Of a DNA stretch of 62,000 nucleotides, positions 48,501-62,000 are shown piece by piece (the stretch's first letter is position 1; each line of letters starts with the position of its first letter). The DNA lies in the NCBI GenBank assembly GCA_951406725.2, contig OX597819.1, forward strand, positions 25,254,001 through 25,316,000, written 5' to 3'. The notes under the pieces are model-generated. The model did no database searches. It saw only the letters and a list, made by a program, of their open reading frames with translations, and had not been told where the DNA came from. Made by a program: the position numbers and the translations under genes. Source of the stretch: Octopus vulgaris (taxonomy: Eukaryota).

Positions 48501-48914
48501 GTAATAATGATAGCAGTGTGTGAGCGTATGTGCATGTGTGTGTGTGCGTGTGTGTATGTGTGTGTGTGTTGTAATGATAACGCTAATAACGTTGGTGATG
48601 GTTGTTACGCAGATTAATGTATGTTGGTTGGGGATGTTAGTTGTTATAAAAAACAGAGGCGGTGGTAGTTGCAGGGCTGAGTTCGGAGATGAATGGGGCT
48701 AGTGGAAATAGAAGTCGTTGTAACGTTGTTGTGGGATGAATATTGTGATGAATGAACGTGTTGACTTGCGTTAATCATATTGGTAGCTGCATTGGAAACC
48801 ATAGTAATATTTGTGAGCTTTTTGAAGGTGGTCGTAGAGTGACGACAGCTGTTATGATGTAGCGGTGGTAAGAGTAGTGGTTGTAATTACAATGGTGTGT
48901 TTTGAGATGAAGTT

Positions 48915-50935
<2,021 letters not shown>

Positions 50936-51412
50936 CAATCAGGACTCACGCCATTAGCCATAAAGAGTAATCTCTAATTCGAGCCTACTCTAAGCTACTA
51001 AGAATGTGTGTGACAACTTGAAGATCCACCCACCCACCACACGTGATAGACTGGCGGTTGCACGGGCGCGAAAGCTACGTTGTTATCCTCATTCCGTAAA
51101 CGGTGGCTTTTAACGGGTGGAGAGCTGAACCATTCTGGGGCACAGAGGATTCGCAATCTAGACAAGGTTCTGAAAGTTTACCACATCATAGTGGGTTACA
51201 CCATGGTCCCGCTGCTTTGTGGCAGAAGTAGAAAGAGTGAGAGAAAATCGTGGTGAAAGAGTACAGCGGGGTTCACCCTACCCCCGCTTGAGCTTCGTGG
51301 AGCTTAGGTGTTTTTGCTCAATAAACACTCACAATGCCCGGTCTGGGAATCGAAACCGCGTTCTTACGACCGCGAGTCCGCTGCCCTAACCACTGGGCCA
51401 CTGCGCCTCCAC
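50936..51412 (-). mobile_element. tRNA-derived SINE, family D, with (GAA)n tail
   Basis: Head GGCGCAGTGGCCCAGTGGTTAGGGCAGCGGACTCGCGGTC..GGTTTCGATTCCC (A and B boxes, TCG anticodon-like loop); ends GAGTCCTGATTG(GAA)n. Confidence 0.8.
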
Positions 51413-51758
51413 TTGCTGCTGCTGTTGCTTTTGTAGTCGTTGTTGTGTTGCTGGTGGCGGCGGTTGTTGTTGGAGGTGCTGCTAATGGTGTGGTTCTTGT
51501 ATTTGATGCTGTTATTGTGATGGTAGTAGTTATTTAGAAAATATCGAAGACGTAGTCATAGTGATTGTTGGAACGGTTGTAAACCTCATGTTGCTGTTTG
51601 TATTGCGGTGGTGGCGGTGGTAGTTTTGGTGACAGTACTAATGGTTGTGTTGCTGTTAATGTATTTCTTTGGTCAGTGCTGATCGATCGAAGATAACTAA
51701 AGTACACGGCAGCAGTAGTAGCAGTAGCAGTAGCAGCAGCAGTAGTAGCAGCAGTAGT

Positions 51759-51802
<44 letters not shown>

Positions 51803-54289
51803 TTATTTATCTTCAGCTCAGCTCTTCGAGATAAAGGTAGTAGTACTAGATACGGTGGAGGTGGACGTGATGGTCAAGTAGCTAACTTATATTCTTCTGC
51901 AATTGTCACTTAGAGTGTCCGCTTGATCTGAATCTCTTGGTATCTGAGATACAAGGAGGAAAAAAGCCATTCGATGGGCCCAGTTGACAGAGGCGTAACA
52001 TGGCAGCAAAGCAACGATTCGGTTTTTGGCAGGCCGTAATGGGCGCATGTTACTCGACTCCAAACGGAGATACTGAAACTGCGACATGTCCAGCATTTCA
52101 TTGACGATTAGCAGGTGCGGTTGCAGTTTGTTAGCCTCACTTTTCTGCAGCTCGTCTCTTTGACTGAGATGCAGTACTGGATCAAGCATAGACTGAGACA
52201 GGGTGTCTGGTGCCTAGTGTATCGTTAGGTAAAGACGCTAAAGTTTTCGAAGCAGTTGTCCGTGAATATCCTTTTCATCTTCGATTTTGAATGTAACGTT
52301 TAAATCTGATAAGTAGATGACATTCATAGCAGTATGTAGATGTATAACCAACGTACAGGAGGTGTAGTTTCCGAAATAGTTATCTTTAATATTCATCTAC
52401 TCGTTGATTTTATAAAGAAAATAAAAAGTGCTCACCTGAAGAGTAGATGAACTTTAGCGCTCAATTTCAATTAGTAGTTGTCCTGAGGAACAATGTGGCT
52501 ACATTGAATCCTAGATTTTGCATCGTGCTGCTGTTTCTTATAGAATTTAGTTATCAAGCAGCTGTTTTATACAACAGTTCATTTCCTTATTTTTCTCAGT
52601 CTGCTCAAGAGCAATGGTCCTGCAGATACAGATTACGACACCCAGTTCATATTATATACCTGACGTTCTGGAAGGTTACAATATGGCAATGTTTAGCAGA
52701 GATAATTGATGGGAATCAAAAAGTGGATGGGGGTAGTCAATTAGAGAGATCGTACGTACCCTTCATTCACTTTTGACACAAAATAATCTGATAATTATGG
52801 TTTTAGGTGACATATCAATATCCTGTTATAAGGCATGGGTTTCGTGAGTTTTTGTTTGATACTTTGTTTAACATCTTCTTAAAATGCTATGGCGTTTATT
52901 ATGTATAGTCCTTGTTGTTTACCTTAGATCTAGCCCGATCATGTAGAGCTATGATGAAAGATATTCCATTCATGACAATTCTGTTTTATTCAGACATTGT
53001 GTGTCTTGGTCTACATTGCTCTATATATCATTATAATTTGACGATTAGCAGGTGTGGTCACAGTTTGTTAGACTCACTTTTCTGCAGTTCATCTCTTTAA
53101 CTGAGCTGCAGTCCTGGATCAAGCGTAGACAGACGACCATGATTTCGAGAAGACTAATTCTAACAAATTGAACGATCACATAGAGACTCCCTCATTTGAG
53201 GGACTGATGCTGGAAGGATGTAATGTATTCGTCATCCTTTCACACACAGTTTGCAGTAGACTCTCAAGATTTTCCTTCCATTCAATTTCCTTGTCATTTA
53301 ACTTGTCAATTCTTCCCCGTATAGACTTCCAGGAGATTTCAGCTTGTACAGTTGATAAGTATATGTCATTTTCAGCTCTTACATCTATCTAATGGGATAT
53401 CTTTTACAGTAATGATTCTGCTTTATTATGTTCAAACTATGGCAGACAGATTTAGAATATTTCATGAACAGATTATTTAGTCATTTGCTTTCAAAATACG
53501 TAGGTTTGTATTTTCGACCTTCATCACTAGCAAGCTCCTGTTTCAAGTTATGCAGGCTATAACTTAAAATTCTAAATACAGGTTGTAATTTAAGATTTCA
53601 CGTTCCGTGTCTCCAAACAGTTCTAAGAATTCTTTTATTCATTTCTGAAGGTTAGTAAATGTATTAACTGTGTTACTATTTATATGTATTGTAACGTATC
53701 ATGTATAAATAAGTGAGGATTTGTGTATGCATGTATGTGTATGTGTGTATATGTATGTATGCTAGCTTGTATGTTTGTATGTATATATATGTAAGTATTT
53801 ATGTATATATGCATGGATATGTGTCTGTCTGATTGAACATACGTGTGTGCATATATATGTATTCATGAAAGAAATTCCAGCTTAGACTGATTTTCCTGTT
53901 TCATTATTTGCAATTTTTACAATTTTACAATTTAAGAATATTGAAATAAACTAGTACTTTCATGCACTACGCAACCACCAGGTTTATGTAGTGACAGTCG
54001 TGTTCCGCAATTGACAACTGTAGTGAAATCGTTGGGTTTATCCTTTAAATACCCCCCGATGTGCTTCAGCAGGCTGAATCTTACGAACTGTGTTTTGACC
54101 AATCAGTATGTGGCTTAGATATCACGGTTTGGTAAGCAAGACAACTGAGTTCTAGGGTAAGTATTTCGACCAATTAGTATGTGACTTAGACGTCACGGTT
54201 TGGTGAGCACGTCAAGGATAATTTACTCTGGTCGCACCTAAAGAAATAATTGTTTGGCTATATTTTGCAATGCTGTAAACAAAATTACT

Positions 54290-56320
54290 GTTTTCTTCGA
54301 AAATTTTCCCTTACACTCAATAATAATGTTAGGCCAAATACTAAGAAATCAGAGATATCTGCACTTAAACGCCTACAAAACGATAAAACAGAAATCATTA
54401 AGCAAGCAGATAAAGGGGGTGCAATTGTTATAATGGATGCAGAATACTACAGGGATTTAGTTGAGGACCAATTGTAGGACACAACATTCTTCTGTGAAAT
54501 ACCTGCAAATATAGACCACCGCATCATGAAAAAAGTCAATAACCTGGCTTAAAAACAATACAACTCACTCAACATTGACGAAAGAGACTACATTACCAAT
54601 TTCGAACCAAAACCCAGCAACTTCTATGGCTTACCAAAAATACACAAGTCAAAAGAAATTCAAACATGCAGTAAAGGAACAAGAAAGTGAGTGCTTAAAA
54701 TTACTACACCCGAAAGACCTAAAACTCAGACCTATTATAGCTGGTTCACTATGCCCTACATAGATACGCATACATACATACATACATACATACATACATA
54801 AATACTCACTTATGTATACACGATACGATACAATACATATAAATATTAACAGTTAATAAGTTTACTAACCTTCAGAAATGAATAAAAGAATGCTTAGAAC
54901 AGTTTGGAGACACGAGACGTGAAACCTTAAATTACAACCTGTATTTAAATTTATTGACATAATATTGACACCATTTTGAAACCATTATGTACCCACATGC
55001 CTAGTTTCATCCTGGATGATATCGACTTCCTGTCCCACCTTCCCAAAACAACGGAATCAAATTAACCTTTACTTAGTTTTGATGTAGTAAGCATTTCTAC
55101 CAATATTGCACATAATTTAGGAATAAAGGCGATTAAATACCGGGTGGAAAAACATAAAGTGATTCCCAGTAGATTCACGGTGCCATTTATATTAAACGCT
55201 GTCCAACTTATTCTTGAATATAACACATTCTTTTTCAATTGAAAGAACTACATTCAGGTTAGAGGCACAGCAATGGGAACGAGATTTGCTCACGTTTATG
55301 CGAACGCCGCAATAGGATATTTAGAAAACAACTCTATCAAAGAGTAGAGGAAATCTACGGCATTGAATTTAGAAGGTATATTGAAGATGCACGGAAGAGA
55401 TATCTTGACGATTGCTTCATAATCAGGACAAACTCTCTAGATAATCTGGAAGAATTTAATAACCTCCTGAACAACCTGCACCTAACTCCCCAATTACAAA
55501 GGAGATGAATAATAACAAATTACCATTTCTAGACATAATGATGATTAAAAAGTGATATCAACATCACCACTGATATGTACAATAAACACACAGACACGCA
55601 CCAATACCTGAACTTTAAAGCGTGCCATCTAGCACATAAAAAACGCAATATCCCATACTGCCTAGCCAGGAAAATTTGTACCATTGTGAAAGATGTAAAT
55701 ACTAGAGACAAACGCCTAACAGAACTCAAAGAATTTCTCCTTACACAAAAATGGCCTGTCTCTACTTATAGAAAATGGTATACAGCGTGCTATAGAAATA
55801 CTCATACAACGTAGGGCAACCCCCAAAAAGAGGAAAACAAGAACAAGTCACACTATTTATAGTGACACACAATCCGTGTCATCAAAATATCTTTAGCATT
55901 GCACAAAGCAAACTTACCGATCATTGCTCAAAGTAATAAATTAAAGGATATAATCACAGATCGTGCTATGATTCCAAGTAAAAGAAAGCCGAAGAACTTG
56001 AAACAATTATTAACAAAGGCAAAGATTGATCTAAGCAACAATGACGAATCATCAATCGCATCTAAATGCAATGATAATCGCTGTGGTACATGTCAATTAA
56101 CACACGCCGGTCAATATATGAACACAAAAATCAGAAGAATATTTTCCAATGGAAATATGAACTGCAAAAGCAGAAATTTAATTTACTGCATCAAATGCTC
56201 GAATTTTGCAGATATATACGTTGGTCAGACTGGAAATGCATTGCGGGAACTTCACCCAAGAGTAGGGTGTCATTCTTCTCTACAGTCCAATAGAGAAAGT
56301 GAACCCATTACTGCATGATA
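54290..56320 (+). mobile_element. Penelope-like element (RT + GIY-YIG), decayed
   Basis: KQADKGGAIVIMD, FYGLPKIHK, LRPIIAG, SFDVVS, GTAMG, RYLDDCF, LPFLDI, YNKHTDTHQYLNF, NLIYCIKC..YVGQT; many stops and frameshifts. Confidence 0.9.
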
Positions 56321-56789
56321 ATATAAAAAAGAATTGCTAATTCCCCTATACAGATAGATCGCTTATTACATAGAACTATCTAGCTAGATACATAAAAACA
56401 TAAATAGATTAGACAGATAGTGATAATAGATAAAAAGATTAATACATGCATATACATAGATTGATAAATCGAGACAGATGGAAAAATGAAAATATAAAGA
56501 GATTAATAAACAGTTATTCTTTTATTTGAGACTTGACGCTAATTGGTTCAATCTGCAAGATGTCGTTACAGAGCTAAAATTCTACTTTTGTATCACATAT
56601 TACATCACATATTAAGAATTTAATTCAACGTAAATAATACAAAAATAAATAGATAAAAAGATATATATATATGTATACATAATTTAATATACACAGTATT
56701 TAAATATGAGCTGCTATTAGTTTCATTCGGTGAGACTGTGAAAACACATTAAGCATTAGAATAAGTTCTCCTTCCGGGGGTCATATCGA

Positions 56790-56975
56790 CACCCAGGGTC
56801 GATTTTTTGGATTCTCTAGCATATATACCTGCAGATCCACTGCAGGAATACTCACTTTTGCCAGGTGAATGGACTGAAGCAACGTGGAATGAAGTGTTAT
56901 GCTCAAGAGCCCAACGCCCACTCCAAAAATCGAAATCACAATCTTACGATCAGGAATCCAACACCCTAACTACAC
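56790..56975 (-). mobile_element. tRNA-derived SINE fragment
   Basis: Minus strand GTAGTTAGGGTGTTGGATTCCTGATCGTAAGATTGTGATTTCGATT..CTTGAGCATAACACTT..CAGTCCATTCACCTG. Confidence 0.6.
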
Positions 56976-58825
56976 ACATACACACACATAAGAGAAGTAA
57001 ATGGAATTCACAAATCCAGAAGGATACCAATAAAACACCCAGTGTTAAACGAATTTGGTCAACTACAGCCAAGAATCAGATATCAATAAATGCAAGTAGA
57101 ATACGATTCCAAAATAATGCCTCATGTTTAACAAGTAAATCCAGAATATCGTTTAGAAGAATTTCAAGAAATTCGGAGTGTCAGACAACAAAGATCAGAA
57201 TGGAGAAAATCAAATGTTTAATAGGTAATTAAACTGTAGCAATAAACATTTTAGCCATTTTGAAATGTGGCGCGAATTGGCAATATGACGTAATGTCTTT
57301 GCCGAAGAATTATCATTTTCGTTTTTTTCCCATTGGTTAATATAACTGCTCATATAAAGATTCTAGAAGTTTCGAAAAGAATGTTTGTCCTGAATTTCGA
57401 TTCTTTTTGGTCAGGTTGAGCAGTTATAAAAGCCCTGGATTTGGGGAGAAACTTTAGTGTTCATTGGTGTCACATAACTCCACGTCACTCACTTTTTTGG
57501 AGGCATCGGTAAATTTTATGCCATGTCTACGTTAATCACAAATCTATTTTGATTTGTTGGTTAACGTATTAGATAGAAAGAAGAAATTAGCTAAGGAATT
57601 TATAGTCGTTTTTCTTCACGACGAAGTTATCTTTCTTTCTGTTAAAAAATATAAAATGTTATATTTGTATAATAAAACATAATTAAAAGGAAATGTTTCT
57701 CTTCACGTTTGTTTTTCAACTAAGCATAGATAAATATGCATTTCTGTAATCTTTGATTTATGTTTCTTACAGCGGTTTAAAGGATACGATTAAAATATTC
57801 AACATACATTGTCGTTGATGTAGCGTTCCATGCGTATATGTCTAGATGACGCTATAACTGCAGTTAGGGTTTTAGATATAATGATAACACTTGAGTATAA
57901 GTGACGTTGAATCATTATATTCTCCCTTACTCAGAGAAAAGCCTAAATAAATAATATAACCTAAGAGAAGGCTTAAGGTAGAATAACCGAAAACCGCCGT
58001 AACACCATATAACACCGACGATCGTTTTTGTTGTGTCAACATATTTAGATATAAAAGATATCAGTCAAATTAATATATCCGAAAATATATGTTAATACAA
58101 CGTTATCAAAGCAGTCCAAAATTGGTTAAATTCAATAAGATCTAAAAAAATATCTCTTGGAGACGAACACATACAAAAAGAACGTTAAGAAGAAGTGTAA
58201 CAGAAAAGTCATTTTAGTACTTGACTTTTGATGATGTCAGTAGATAAGGAAAATATAAGAATAAACATAGGAATTCTACCTTCCGACAATTAGAAACTTA
58301 GAAATTCGATGTCACAACAATTATCTATCTATTAAATATACTAAATATTTTTAAGAAAAATTATGCGTATTATGTTATATGAAAAGCAATTATAATTCAT
58401 GGGTTATAGAGAATTGAAGTATTTAAATGCTTTTCTATATTTGTGAGAACATTTCAATGTAAAATTACCTTTATAATTTAATAATATTAATTTAGAATTA
58501 ATTATATAATATGTATCCTCAAAGCAAAGATCACATTTGAAATTACCAGTACTGTACGGTGGTGCGTAACTAATAAGGGACAACTTTAAATCATACTTAA
58601 TGTTCCTATGCTTTAAGTTCCAAATGCACTTTTATATATACATAAGGTCCTGGGTGGGTAGAAAGATAGGGTATTTCCAATGCAGTACTCGACTCAAGCT
58701 TCAGGCAATCTACTCCAGACTAACATCGAAATTCTTCCGGTGTAGAGAATTGAAGTTTCACAGCGGTAAAATGGTTGCGTGCGTTTCGTGAAGAGTAAAA
58801 TATAATCTAAAGGAAAAGTTTAAGA

Positions 58826-59150
58826 AAGACTTTAAAACATTTTTAACGATCAGTTACACTTATCTCGGTACCAACTTTGCTTTCAATGCCAGTTAACGAA
58901 AAAAAGTCCAAGTGAAAATTTACGTAATATTTACGGTTTTAAATATTCATGGCACTTCTTCAGACCTGCATCAAAGATGTACTCTTACATTAACCTACCT
59001 TTGATGAAGGTCTGAGGAAGCGCCACTCTAATGTTTAAAATCGCAAATGTTACGTAAGTTTTCAGTTGGAACTTTTACGTGAACCGACGTTGAAAGCTAA
59101 GTTGGTACAGAGATAATTGTACCTGATAATTAAAGATGTGTTAAAATCTT
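58826..59150. mobile_element. MITE-like element with ~60-bp imperfect TIRs
   Basis: 58826-58886 is inverted relative to 59091-59150. Confidence 0.6.
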
Positions 59151-59171
59151 CCTTTGTATTTTTATTTGGAT

Positions 59172-59233
<62 letters not shown>

Positions 59234-59725
59234 TGTGTGTGTATGTGTGTGTATGTGTGTGAGAGAGAGAGAGAGAGAAACTGGGAAAAGTGTCAGGCAT
59301 TGTAAAATGTTATAAAGACGCCGTAAAAATGTCCTTAAGTAATTTCCTTCCTAGTTGACAAATAAAAACAAACAAAAATCAAATGAAAAAAAAACCAAAA
59401 AAACAAAGTCTACCGGCAATTATTAGTGACTCTCAAAGAAAAGGGAAGATAATTTCAAAGCAATTAACAATTAATCTTTCAAAGTTAATTGAACATGCTT
59501 CGATGAAGGAAAACATGAATTTTGTTAACAGTCAAGAAGCAAGGAATGTTTAAGCTTTCATTCCTATTGCTGTTTTATTTAAAACATTCTAATAATTGAA
59601 TTTCACGCATTGAATTAACTAGGTTTCCATTATTGTTTAGCTCCTAGTCAACACTGCCATGAACAATCTGAACTAAATTATCTTATGTAACCCTTCCCAT
59701 CTTCTGTTTTGATATATATATATAC

Positions 59726-59811
<86 letters not shown>

Positions 59812-59813
<2 letters not shown>

Positions 59814-60011
59814 CGGGAAGCTTTATGAAAATAAACAAAAGACGAATGCAGGTGGAATACAAACAAACAATTGTATTAGTATGGCGCTCAGGAATATAAA
59901 TAAAACAAGTCTTTTACGTTTCGAGCCTACGCTCTTCAACAGAAAGATACACAGAAAAGAAACACGGAAAGAAACAAGAAGAGAAAAAAATGCGTGCAGA
60001 AGCTACCGAAT

Positions 60012-60015
<4 letters not shown>
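59812..60015 (-). repeat. Penelope-type terminal-repeat family, second copy
   Basis: Reverse complement of 41670-41910, same hammerhead-like motif. Confidence 0.65.
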
Positions 60016-60070
<55 letters not shown>

Positions 60071-60361
60071 TATGTTTATTCCCTCCCTGCTTGAGGTTAC
60101 CGTGGTCTTTTCCGTAGGCTTTTCTTTCCGCGGATAAACCTAATCTTGCTTTTTACATTTTAAAAATTCTTCTGTGATATACGATCACTTTTGATCGGAA
60201 TTTTATTTTATTTTATTTATTTTCGAAAAGGAAAGCTCAACATTTGTATTTGTGCCCTCTGTGTTCAGCCCTGTGTGGCCAATAAAGAAAGTTATATAAA
60301 TATATATATATTTACATTATTTACATTGGACAGATATGTGTCCTCATCTTGTTTGTTGTTT

Positions 60362-60405
60362 ACACAACGTTTCAGCTGATTTACTCTCCAGTTTTCATCA
60401 GGTGT
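60362..60405 (-). ncRNA. Minimal hammerhead-like motif (degenerate helix II)
   Basis: ACAC-CTGATGA-AAACTG..CAGCT-GAAACGTT-GTGT. Confidence 0.45.
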
Positions 60406-60889
60406 CCTGGTAGAATTTTGAACCCTACCTTGGGTTCTCATTCCTAAAGTATCTTTTACTGACGTTATTATTAAAATATGTCCCTTACATATTTCAACTT
60501 CCAAAAACAAATTCGCTTCAGTTACTGTGGAGAAAACGTTCCCTCTTATGGCAAGAGGTGAAAAAAACACTATGTTTGCGCAGTGCTGTTCTCTATCAGA
60601 TTCTCAAACACGTTTCTAGTTCTTTAACAGTTATCAATGGGAAATACTGAAGAGAGATAACTCTGGCCAGGTTTTGAAGCCGTAGCTTGAATTAAAACAT
60701 AGTCAACAACATTGACTGGGTTACACTATTAGGCTTGCGTGGTCGAAAGAAATTCAGCAGGGTTTTATTCCCCTACCCCAGTAACTGCAGTGAATTTGTC
60801 ATTAGAAATTGAAAAATATCTGAAGGCTATTTTAACACTGACACTAGCGAACTTCCACCCACCTTATGCATATAGGCATGTTTACACTA

Positions 60890-61248
60890 ACAAAAAGGGT
60901 AAAGCCCCCCCCCGCTTCGGTTATAAATGACCATGAGATTGCACCTAGGAATTATCCCCCCAGAAGTACAGGCCCGGACAATGTTGTTTATGGAAGACCA
61001 GCAGTCACCCACGTATGCCAGCATCCCCTCTCCACGCCACACCACCAGTGTTATCCAAGGGAAAGGCAAAGGCCAATACAGCTTGGCACCAGTGACATCG
61101 CAATTCATTTCTACAGCTGAGTGAATTGGAGCAGCGTGAAATAAAGTGTTTTGCTCAAGAACACAACTCACACAGCCTGGTCCAGGAATCAAACTCACTA
61201 CCTCATGATTGTGAGCCTGGCGCTCTAACCACTGAGCCATGAGCCTTC
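60890..61248 (-). mobile_element. tRNA-derived SINE, family C
   Basis: Head GGCTCATGGCTCAGTGGTTAGAGCG..GAGTTTGATTCC (A and B boxes). Confidence 0.85.
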
Positions 61249-61369
61249 ACAATTTTTTAATGGTAATAATATTAAAATTTGATATGTTTATTTTGTAATT
61301 CTACTTTTAATACTTCGGCAGTTTACAGTGAAACTGTCAACAATACAAACCACTTTCAGTTTTTATTTG

Positions 61370-61815
61370 TTTAGGCTTTTGCTAAATTTTTCCAGCCATT
61401 GGAGTGCGGCCATGGTGGCGTATTGCCTTGAAGTGTTTAGTCGAACAATACCTCCTCTGTACTTAGCGTTTCGGCAAAAAAGACCGATTGATTAATTTAC
61501 CAGACTAAGAAAACAAAAAAACACCTCTGTACTTTCTCTTTTTAAGTAAGGTAATTAATCTATCGGTCCTTTTTTGCCGAAACGCTAAGTTATGGAGATG
61601 TAAACAAACCAACGCCAATTGTCAAGCTATGAGAAGACAAGCACAAAAAAACATACACACACACATGCAAGTATTCATATACAGACTAAATTCTACGCAG
61701 TTTCCACTTATTAAATTCATTCACAAGACGTAGGTCAACCTGGTGCTATAGCTGAAGCCACTCAACGAATTCAAAACTAGATGGCTGCGAACCAGATGTC
61801 TTAACTGCGCTGCTA
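61370..61815 (-). mobile_element. SINE family A, old degenerate copy
   Basis: GCGGCCATGG..TTTAGTCGAAC, CCGAAACGCTAAGTTATGGAGATGTAAAC, AAATTCATTCACAAG. Confidence 0.6.
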
Positions 61816-62000
61816 TGGCTGCATTGATCGATGAAGAAAGACAAAAAACGTAAAAATGGTTTGTAGCATAAAGACAATGCAGAGTCGAATAAATCGAGCC
61901 GAAGTATTTGACTGGTATCTTACATTATCATAGTTGGAAAGAATTACAGGTAGTCATCCTCTTCGGAATTTTGAAAGTTGATTGTGAAGACATTTTAACT

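Noticed and set aside
46497-48535. Long Cys-rich or Thr-rich ORFs as a keratin-associated or mucin gene
   Set aside because: Several frames are open simply because the 30-bp unit lacks stops in them, and periodic 7-bp insertions break every frame
51335-51412. Functional tRNA-Arg gene (and similar heads at 61180-61248)
   Set aside because: A and B boxes are present but no clean cloverleaf or terminator, and the heads run into SINE bodies
56990-57230. Possible transposase C-terminal remnant or 141-aa ORF
   Set aside because: The ORF starts inside a SINE fragment and other frames show no motif I can identify

Overview
AT-rich, microsatellite-dense eukaryotic DNA, most likely an octopus or other cephalopod genome (inferred from the tRNA-derived SINE families). 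No host protein-coding exon can be supported; nearly all ORFs in the track are simple-repeat translations. Transposons: a nearly intact R4/Dong-like non-LTR retrotransposon in (TAA)n repeats (33446-37419, with RT, CCHC and restriction-like endonuclease, three lesions), two further Dong-like 3' fragments, two decayed L1/Tx1-like LINEs, an RTE-type 3' fragment, a decayed Penelope-like element (RT + GIY-YIG), a full-length but dead DD37D (maT) transposon, mariner relics and MITEs, non-autonomous Helitrons and many SINEs. Other features: a 7SL (SRP) RNA copy joined to a SINE 3' tail and a 2-kb 30-bp minisatellite with higher-order structure. The most striking item is a non-coding element of about 1.5 kb (20524-22030) bounded by two identical 122-bp inverted repeats. 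Each repeat encodes a complete canonical type I hammerhead ribozyme pointing outward. A second, sequence-unrelated element (45585-46086) has the same outward-facing inverted-hammerhead layout, and several more hammerhead-like motifs are scattered through the window. All calls come from reading the sequence by eye; no database search or folding program was run.
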